Source of the DNA: Polyangiaceae bacterium
GTDB lineage: Bacteria > Myxococcota_A > Polyangia > Polyangiales > Polyangiaceae
Length of the DNA stretch: 32,789 nucleotides
Reading direction: 5' to 3'
Assembly: GCA_044222475.1 (NCBI GenBank)
Contig: JBGANF010000092.1
Location: forward strand, 1 to 32,789
The position numbers and the translations under genes were made by a program. Shown piece by piece: positions 26,542 to 32,789 of the stretch. Under the pieces are notes generated by a model. That model was not told where the DNA came from, ran no database searches, and was given only the letters and a program-made list of their open reading frames with translations. Position 1 is the stretch's first letter. Each line of letters starts with the position of its first letter.

Positions 26542-27344
26542 CAGGCGACCGTCAGGCTCATGCGGTGGTCGTCGTTGTCGCGCATGCCGTGGATCCCGAG
26601 CCGGTTCGCTCGCCCCGGCGCGACGAGGTCTTTCGCCTTCGCGAGTTGGACCACGGTCTCGACCGCGAGCTCGGACTCTTCGCCGAACTTCGCGCCCTGG
26701 CCGTAGAGCGTGTGATCGAAGTGGGCATGCGGGTGGACCGCGCCGTCGTGAACGTGGACGGTGGGGAAGAAGAGCGAGCTCGGCTCGCGGGTGCGGAACG
26801 TGAACGCCATCGGGTGGACTTTCTGCTCGCGCTTGCCTTCGGCGGCGAGCTGGAAGACGGCGAAGCCGTAATCCGCGTAGCGCGGGAGAGCGTCCCACAC
26901 TTTCTGCGGCAGACGGAAGCGCTCGTCGAGGCGGTCGAAGTCTTTCACCGTCGGCACGAACGAGGCGACGAACGATCCGACCTTCACGACCTCGAGCTTC
27001 TGCCGGCCCTGACTCCTGAGGATGCCGCCCTTGGGGAGGCTGAGAGACTCCACGATCTGAGGGAACGCGCGATCGAGGTCGTCGAAGAAGCCGGCGTAGC
27101 CCGAGAGGTCGACGAACTCGACGGCTCGCTCACCGGCTCCGACGTCGACGGGGAGGGGGAGTACCATCGCCACCGGGACCGGCGTCACCAGCTTCATCTC
27201 GTAGACGAGCGCCTGGCGTCCCGCGTCGACCATCCGCGCGAAGATGCGCGTCGCGGACACGTGAACCGCGCCGAGTGTCGGACCGCGGCCGAAGATGCGA
27301 TCGAGGATCGACATCGGCAGAGTCACCGGTGAGAAGCAGCACAT
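26541..27344 (-). CDS. Conserved hypothetical protein, possibly DUF2330-like
   Basis: Start MCCFS; TRIFAR, AMVLPLPV, VGSFVASFVP, YGFAVF, HPMAF, FFPTVHVHDG; -10 TAAGCT 7 nt upstream. Confidence 0.75.
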   Translation of the reverse strand: MCCFSPVTLPMSILDRIFGRGPTLGAVHVSATRIFARMVDAGRQALVYEMKLVTPVPVAMVLPLPVDVGAGERAVEFVDLSGYAGFFDDLDRAFPQIVESLSLPKGGILRSQGRQKLEVVKVGSFVASFVPTVKDFDRLDERFRLPQKVWDALPRYADYGFAVFQLAAEGKREQKVHPMAFTFRTREPSSLFFPTVHVHDGAVHPHAHFDHTLYGQGAKFGEESELAVETVVQLAKAKDLVAPGRANRLGIHGMRDNDDHRMSLTVA

Positions 27345-27367
27345 GCCGCTGAGCTTACATGAGGGAG

Positions 27368-28057
27368 TCAGACCGTGCCGAGGACGCTCCCGTCTTCGCG
27401 AACTCGAAGCGCGAGCGGTACGTGCGCCACGCCGTACTTCTTGGCGAGGTCGGCCCGCTTGGAGACGTCGACGTGGACGACCCGCGTTCCCTTGGCCTCG
27501 AGTCGTTTGCCGAGCTCTTGGCAGTCGCTGCAGAGCGGGTGCTCGAACTCGACGACGAGCTCCCCGGCTTCGCCGGTGACCGCGAAGTCCGCGAGGTCGA
27601 GGCGAACGAGCGTCTTGTGCGTCACCCCCCGGAGGCGCGCTCCGATCTTGTACATCTCGCACCCGACGCAGAGTCCGGTGACGACGGCGAGGGTGGCGAG
27701 AAGGCCGACCACGCCGCCGAGCGCGAGCGAGACGAAGGGGAAGCCGAGGATCCCAGCGAGCGCGCCGGACAGCAGGAACACCGCTCCGACGACGTTGGCG
27801 AACCGGGGAGCCCTCGAGTCCTCGATCTTGCCCTCGCCGAACCGCGGCTGAACGATCTCGAAGTAGAAGACGCACGGGAGGCAGAAGCGGCGGCCGAAGA
27901 ACAAGCCGATCGCGAGCTGGCCGCCGGCCACGAGGAGGGGGACGAAGCTGCCAGTGGCCACCGACAGCCACGCCATCGTGGCGACGAACGCCTGGTTGAA
28001 TCGGGGGGCCCGAGCGTCGATGACCGAGAGATCACGGTACGGATCAGCGGTGCGCAT
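27368..28057 (-). CDS. DUF4395 membrane domain fused to thioredoxin-like domain
   Basis: ID.RAPRFNQ and ED.RAPRFAN repeats, CLPC and CVGC in TM part; FEHPLCSDC..VDVS..LAKKYGVAHVP thioredoxin-like C-terminus. Confidence 0.82.
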   Translation of the reverse strand: MRTADPYRDLSVIDARAPRFNQAFVATMAWLSVATGSFVPLLVAGGQLAIGLFFGRRFCLPCVFYFEIVQPRFGEGKIEDSRAPRFANVVGAVFLLSGALAGILGFPFVSLALGGVVGLLATLAVVTGLCVGCEMYKIGARLRGVTHKTLVRLDLADFAVTGEAGELVVEFEHPLCSDCQELGKRLEAKGTRVVHVDVSKRADLAKKYGVAHVPLALRVREDGSVLGTV

Positions 28058-28083
28058 GACGTTCATCATAACGGATGAACGTC
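28058..28083. promoter_or_regulatory. Palindromic operator-like site overlapping the -10 box of the DUF4395-Trx gene
   Basis: GACGTTCATC-N6-GATGAACGTC perfect 10-bp inverted repeat; minus-strand TATGAT at 28065-28070. Confidence 0.55.
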
Positions 28084-28171
28084 CGTTGTAAAGGACGTCT
28101 TCGTTTTTCCGGAATCGAAGATCGGCGTCGACGGGCGAGGGGGTCCCCTGACAAGCTCGCGCCTCGCGCGA

Positions 28172-29446
28172 ATGGACCACCACAAACTACTCGTCGTCGG
28201 TGCGGGGATCAGCGGGCTCGCCACCATCGCGTTTGGCAAAGAGACGGACTACGTCGTCCTCGAGCGCGACCACGCGATCGGCGGCTACTGCAAGACGGTC
28301 AAGCAAGACGGCTTCACCTGGGACTACTCGGGCCACTTCTTCCACTTCAAGCGCCCGGAGATCGAGGCGTGGCTCCGCGAGCGCATGCCCGGCCAGCGCA
28401 TCCTCACGGTGAACAAGAAGTCCTTCATCGCCTACGCGGGCAAGATGGTGGACTTCCCGTTCCAGAAGAACATCCACCAGCTCCCGCAGGACGAGTTCAT
28501 CGACTGCCTGCACGATCTCTACTTCGCGCGCACGCCGCAGCCCGGCGCCTCGCCCCAGCCCGAGACGAACTTCAAGGAGATGCTGTACGCGCGGTTCGGG
28601 CGCTCGATCGCCGAGAAGTTCCTCATCCCCTACAACGAGAAGCTCTACGCGACCGATCTCGCCGCGCTCGACAAAGACGCGATGGGGCGGTTCTTCCCCC
28701 ACGCCGACGTCGCCGACATCGTCCGCAACATGAAGACGCCGGACAACGCGACCTACAACGCGACGTTCACCTACCCCGAGGGCGGCGCGATCGAGTACGT
28801 CAACGCCCTCGCGTCCGCCGTCGATCCGGCGAGGATCGCGCTCGGCGAGGGGCTCGTCTCGATCGACCTCGCGCGGCGCGTCGCCAAGACGACCAAGCGC
28901 GAGATCCAGTACGAGCGCCTCGTCACCTCGGCGCCGTTCGACACGGTGCTCCGGGCCGCTGGGCTCGAGCACGACGTGAGCGCGTTCAGCTGGAACAAGG
29001 TCCTCGTCTTCAACCTCGGCTTCGACGGGAAGGGCCCGAAGGACGTCCACTGGGTCTACTACCCGAACCGCGCGCGCAGCTTCTACCGCGTCGGCTTCTA
29101 CGACAACATCTTCGAGACCGATCGCATGAGCCTCTACGTCGAGCTCGGCTACCCGAAGGACGCGGTCATCAGCGACGCCGACGTCTCTCGAGCGCGCGAG
29201 ACGGTGCTCGAAGGACTCCGCGCCGAGGGCGTCGTCACGACGCAGAAGCTCGTCTCGTCGCACTCGGTGGTGATGGATCCGGCATATGTGCATATTACAC
29301 GCAAGTCGATGGCCGAGCACGCGCGGCTGAAGGAGGTCCTGAAGGCGCACGGCGTGCACCCGATCGGCCGCTACGGCGGGTGGACCTACTGCTCGATCGA
29401 AGACAACATCATCGAGGCGAAAGCGCTCGTCGCCGGCTTCGGGTGA
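28172..29446 (+). CDS. FAD-dependent oxidoreductase (UDP-galactopyranose mutase-like / HemY-like superfamily)
   Basis: [43 protein letters not shown]. Confidence 0.82.
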   Translation: MDHHKLLVVGAGISGLATIAFGKETDYVVLERDHAIGGYCKTVKQDGFTWDYSGHFFHFKRPEIEAWLRERMPGQRILTVNKKSFIAYAGKMVDFPFQKNIHQLPQDEFIDCLHDLYFARTPQPGASPQPETNFKEMLYARFGRSIAEKFLIPYNEKLYATDLAALDKDAMGRFFPHADVADIVRNMKTPDNATYNATFTYPEGGAIEYVNALASAVDPARIALGEGLVSIDLARRVAKTTKREIQYERLVTSAPFDTVLRAAGLEHDVSAFSWNKVLVFNLGFDGKGPKDVHWVYYPNRARSFYRVGFYDNIFETDRMSLYVELGYPKDAVISDADVSRARETVLEGLRAEGVVTTQKLVSSHSVVMDPAYVHITRKSMAEHARLKEVLKAHGVHPIGRYGGWTYCSIEDNIIEAKALVAGFG

Positions 29447-29456
29447 GCGCGTCCCC

Positions 29457-30080
29457 TCAGGGGAGCTCGCTCGCGTACGCCGCGACCGCGGCGCGAAACA
29501 GTTCGGCGTCGTACGGGGCGCGCCGGTCCGCCGATTTTCCCGAGATGCTCGCGAGCGCGGCCAGCAGCGCCACGCGCAGATCGGGATCGACCGCGATCGC
29601 GTCGGCGACGCGCAGCGCATAGCCGTAGACGAAGGGGAGGGCCCGGCGATCGCCGACCGCGGTGATGGCCGAGAGCGTGTTCAGCTTCGCCGGCGTGGCC
29701 ATCATGTGGCCGTGCTGGAGCGCGACACACAGAGAGAACGTCGCCCGCGCGGAGGCGAAGCGCACCACCGCGTCGTCGAAGCTCCGCCCTTCGCCCCACT
29801 CGGCGAAGTCGAGCTCGTCCCAACCCTTCCGGACGTCGTCCGAGCGCGACAGCTCCGCGCCGATGCCGCAGTAGAGCGCGGTGAAGTACCGCGGGTGGGT
29901 CACCCGAACCATCCCGTCGTAGCTGCCGAACGATCGCCGGAGGATCTCGCCGAGGTCCGGCGGCACCGCGCAGTTGGGGATCCCGGCGGTGACGGCCGCA
30001 GCGTTCGGCTTCGGGGGGGGCGCCTCGACCCCACACGAGAGCGCCATCGCTGCCGTCGCCACTACGATCCATCTGCGCAT
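29457..30080 (-). CDS. Hypothetical lipoprotein
   Basis: Start MRRWIVVA; lipobox ALSC; fills the gap between two plus-strand genes. Confidence 0.62.
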   Translation of the reverse strand: MRRWIVVATAAMALSCGVEAPPPKPNAAAVTAGIPNCAVPPDLGEILRRSFGSYDGMVRVTHPRYFTALYCGIGAELSRSDDVRKGWDELDFAEWGEGRSFDDAVVRFASARATFSLCVALQHGHMMATPAKLNTLSAITAVGDRRALPFVYGYALRVADAIAVDPDLRVALLAALASISGKSADRRAPYDAELFRAAVAAYASELP

Positions 30081-30132
30081 GCCGCGTGCCGCGAGTGTAC
30101 GACCGTCACCGTTCTTTGGTACAACTCCGGCC

Positions 30133-31724
30133 ATGAATCACCTGAAGGCGATGCTCTGGGGTCTGGCGGCGGTGGCGTGTGTCGGTTGCGGCGGCGGCGA
30201 GGAGAAGCCGGCCACCGATCCCTCGAAGACCCCACCCAAGCCGACGGCCTCGGCGTCGGCCTCCGTGGTGACTCCGCCGAAGGAAGATCGCGAGGCCGAG
30301 CTGAAGAAGCTCGGCGCCCGCGCGTTCGTCTGGGGCTACCCGCTCGTCTTCATGGAGCGCATGAAGCGCACGATGACCACGAACGTCCACCAGCCGTACG
30401 GGACGTGGCAGCACAAGAGCAAGCTCCCGACCCCGGCCGACGCCGAGGTGCTCCCGACGCAGGACACGCTCCTCTCGTCGACCTGGGTCGACCTCACCGA
30501 AGACGCGTGGGTCCTCAAGGTGCCCGACATGGGCGACCGCTGGTACGACTTCCAGCTCATCGACGCCTACACCGACGTCGTCGGTCACGTCGGCCGGCGC
30601 ACGACCGGTACCAAAGCGGGACAATTCTTGATCACCGGCCCGGGCTTCAAGGGCACCGTCCCCGCGGGGATGAAGGAGATCAAGGCGCCCACGAACACCC
30701 TCTGGATCATGGGTCGCACGCGCGTCAGCGGGGACGCTGACGTCGCCAAGGTCACCGCGCTCCTCAAGCAGATCTCGATCGCTCCGATGGGCGGCAAGGT
30801 GCCGGCTCTTCCGCCTCCTCCCGAGGCGAGGCCGCAGGACCTGGCGTTCGCCGGCTCCGGCTTCTTCGACGAGCTCGGCGCGTCGCTCCAGATGGACGCG
30901 CCGCCGCCCACCGTCACCGACTGGCTCACCGGCTTCGCGAAGGCCGGCATCGGTCCGGGCCTCAAGCCTTCGTCGAAGCTCGACGCGAAAGAGGTCGACG
31001 CGCTCGGGATGGGCATCAAGGACGGCGCTTCGGAGATCGACGAAGCGTTCGAGAAGCTTCCGGTGATGAAGGCCGGCTGGGACGTCGACACCCGCTTCGG
31101 CCGACCGGATCGCGACCCGCTCGTGCGCGCGGCGTACGTGAAGCGCGGCCTCGACTTCGCCGCACCCGACGAGGTCTTCGCGCCGCTCACCCAGGTCGAC
31201 GACGGCAACCTCACCCTCTCGGGCGCGCACGACTACGTGCTCCACTTCGACAAGGACAAGCTCCCGCCGGCGGACGCCTTCTGGACCGTGACGCTCTACT
31301 CGAAGAAGAGCGCCAACTTCTTCGAGAACCCGCTCAAGCGCTACTCGCTCCAGGGCACCGCGCTGAAGAAGGACAAGGACGGCGCCGTCGACGTGTACTT
31401 CCAGGCCGACGCGCCGGCGAAGGGCTCCGTCGCCGAAGCGAACTGGCTACCCGTGCCCAAAGGCGAGGCGTTCTTCGTCGTGCTCCGGATGTACCAGCCG
31501 AAGCCAAGAAGGACAAGGACGGCGCCGTCGACGTGTACTTCCAGGCCGACGCGCCGGCGAAGGGCTCCGTCGCCGAAGCGAACTGGCTACCCGTGCCCAA
31601 AGGCGAGGCGTTCTTCGTCGTGCTCCGGATGTACCAGCCGAAGCCGGAAGCGCTGAGCGGCGCGTGGGCCGTCCCCGCGATCAAGCGCAAGCCCGACGCA
31701 CCGGCGACTCCGCCGAAGAAGTGA
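30133..31724 (+). pseudogene. DUF1254/DUF1214 lipoprotein, frameshifted by a 140-bp tandem duplication (real or assembly artefact)
   Basis: AFVWGYPLV, DTLLSSTWVDL, FWTVTLY, NWLP, LRMYQP; the native C-terminus EALSGAWAVPAIK is in the shifted frame; removing one copy gives an intact 483-aa ORF. Confidence 0.85.
31366..31645 (+). repeat. Exact 2 x 140-bp tandem direct repeat
   Basis: 31366-31505 is identical to 31506-31645 (AAGAAGGACAAGGAC...CAGCCGAAGCC). Confidence 0.95.
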
Positions 31725-31725
31725 G

Positions 31726-32184
31726 TCAGGCCGTGCGGCGTCGGCGACGGGCGAGCAGCAGCGCGGCGCCCACGCCGAGCCCGATCGCGATCGACGCGGG
31801 ATCCGAGCCCGACGCGTTGCAGCCGTAGCCGACGCCGCTGGCGGCGCCAGGCTTCGCGTTGGGGTCGGTCCCGGCCTTGAGCTCGTCGACGTCGGTCGCG
31901 CCGTCGAGATCGCTGTCGACTTTGTCGGTCGTCATCTTGTCGATCGCCGTGTTGAGCGACGCCTCGTCGCTCGCGATGAGACCGCGCGCGCGCATCGCGG
32001 TGCCGAACGGAGTGTTGACCGTGCCCTTCCCGGTGATGCCGTTCGTGTGGCAAGTGGAGCACTGCGGATCGTACGTGAGCGTGAGCTTCGTACGCAGCGC
32101 GCTCGGGAAGTTGCTCGTCGCGAGGGCGGAGCTCGCGCTGAGGAGGACGAGAGCGGAAGCGGCGGCAAAGGGGGCGAGGCGCAT
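31726..32184 (-). CDS. Secreted monoheme c-type cytochrome-like protein with TSP3-like Ca motif and MYXO-CTERM-like anchor
   Basis: Signal peptide ending ALA; CSTCH; DSDLDGATDVDE..GTDPN; C-terminal YGCNASG + TM + RRRRR; GAGG upstream (alternative start 32190). Confidence 0.8.
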   Translation of the reverse strand: MRLAPFAAASALVLLSASSALATSNFPSALRTKLTLTYDPQCSTCHTNGITGKGTVNTPFGTAMRARGLIASDEASLNTAIDKMTTDKVDSDLDGATDVDELKAGTDPNAKPGAASGVGYGCNASGSDPASIAIGLGVGAALLLARRRRRTA

Positions 32185-32192
32185 GGTCATCC

Positions 32193-32789
32193 TCACAGGT
32201 AAAGGTGCGCTTGCAGGAGGAGGAGTCCAGAGCTTTGTCGTCCGGTTCCACCGCCGCTGTCTTCGTTGCGGAAGATGCCGTCGATGCGGAGGTCGCAGTG
32301 GGGGAGGAAGAACCACCACACACTGCCCCACGCGCCGACGCCGGCGCCCAGGTTCTTGAAGTCGGTGTTCTTCGTCTCTCCGGTGACGAGGAAGTGCAGG
32401 CCCTTCACCGGCTCCATGTCGAGCTGGAGGAGCGCGGCGGTGCCAAACGCATTCGTGATCGCGTTCGTTGCTTCGTCCTTGCTCGACTTGAAGAGGAAAT
32501 CGGCCTCGGCCATGAGCCCAATCGCCTTCGTGAACGCGAATCGGCCGAAGAGACCGTGCGCCTGGCGCCAGGTGGGGAGGTTGTTGTCGAGGTCGGCGTT
32601 CGCGTGGGTGATCAGGCTGCTCCCGCCGACCGCGACGCTCGTCGATGGAGCGTACTCGAAGTACGCGCTGTAGCCGCGCTCACGGTACGAGTCGGGATGG
32701 ATGGCGAAGTTTCCAGCGATGCCCATGACCTCGGCGCGGACCTTCTCGAGGTTCAACGACGCAGCGACGCCGTACTGCTGTCCGTCGTT
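32193..32789 (-). CDS. Outer-membrane beta-barrel protein, 5' end outside the window
   Basis: Open frame to the window edge; alternating amphipathic strands; C-terminal beta-signal-like LLQAHLYL. Confidence 0.75.
   Translation of the reverse strand, partial: NDGQQYGVAASLNLEKVRAEVMGIAGNFAIHPDSYRERGYSAYFEYAPSTSVAVGGSSLITHANADLDNNLPTWRQAHGLFGRFAFTKAIGLMAEADFLFKSSKDEATNAITNAFGTAALLQLDMEPVKGLHFLVTGETKNTDFKNLGAGVGAWGSVWWFFLPHCDLRIDGIFRNEDSGGGTGRQSSGLLLLQAHLYL

Noticed and set aside
31366..31645. Repeat considered as a CRISPR array or IS end
   Set aside because: Only two adjacent copies of coding sequence, with no spacers, inverted ends, cas or transposase genes
31533..31724. 63-aa ORF as an independent gene
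   Set aside because: It is the displaced C-terminus of the DUF1254/DUF1214 gene created by the duplication

Overview
Very GC-rich, gene-dense bacterial chromosomal segment. The gene content points to a myxobacterium, probably Polyangiaceae/Labilithrix-like: many Cys-anchored lipoproteins with DAG/DAS linkers, a MYXO-CTERM-like tail and an ECF42 sigma factor. I support about 37 CDSs; the rest of the ORF track is GC-rich shadow ORFs. No tRNA, rRNA, CRISPR array or transposase is visible. Main contents: (i) three FadL/OmpP1-like outer-membrane barrels, two of them tandem in a tightly coupled 9-gene run (17997-24951) with a Zn-ribbon/TM/NHL protein and four uncharacterised lipoproteins; (ii) two back-to-back ECF sigma modules, one a Cys-rich ECF with an alpha/beta hydrolase and the other an ECF42 with a tandem DGPF protein and a consensus-like promoter; (iii) a small RomX-like protein with a C-terminal membrane anchor; (iv) a YqcC-TPR fusion and a DUF4395-thioredoxin fusion; (v) a DUF1254/DUF1214 gene broken by an exact 140-bp tandem duplication; (vi) at the right edge, a beta-barrel gene followed by a secreted CxxCH cytochrome with a MYXO-CTERM-like anchor. 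At least nine genes have a TAnnnT -10 box 6-7 nt before the start codon, which suggests widespread leaderless mRNAs. All family assignments are from motif recognition, not database searches.
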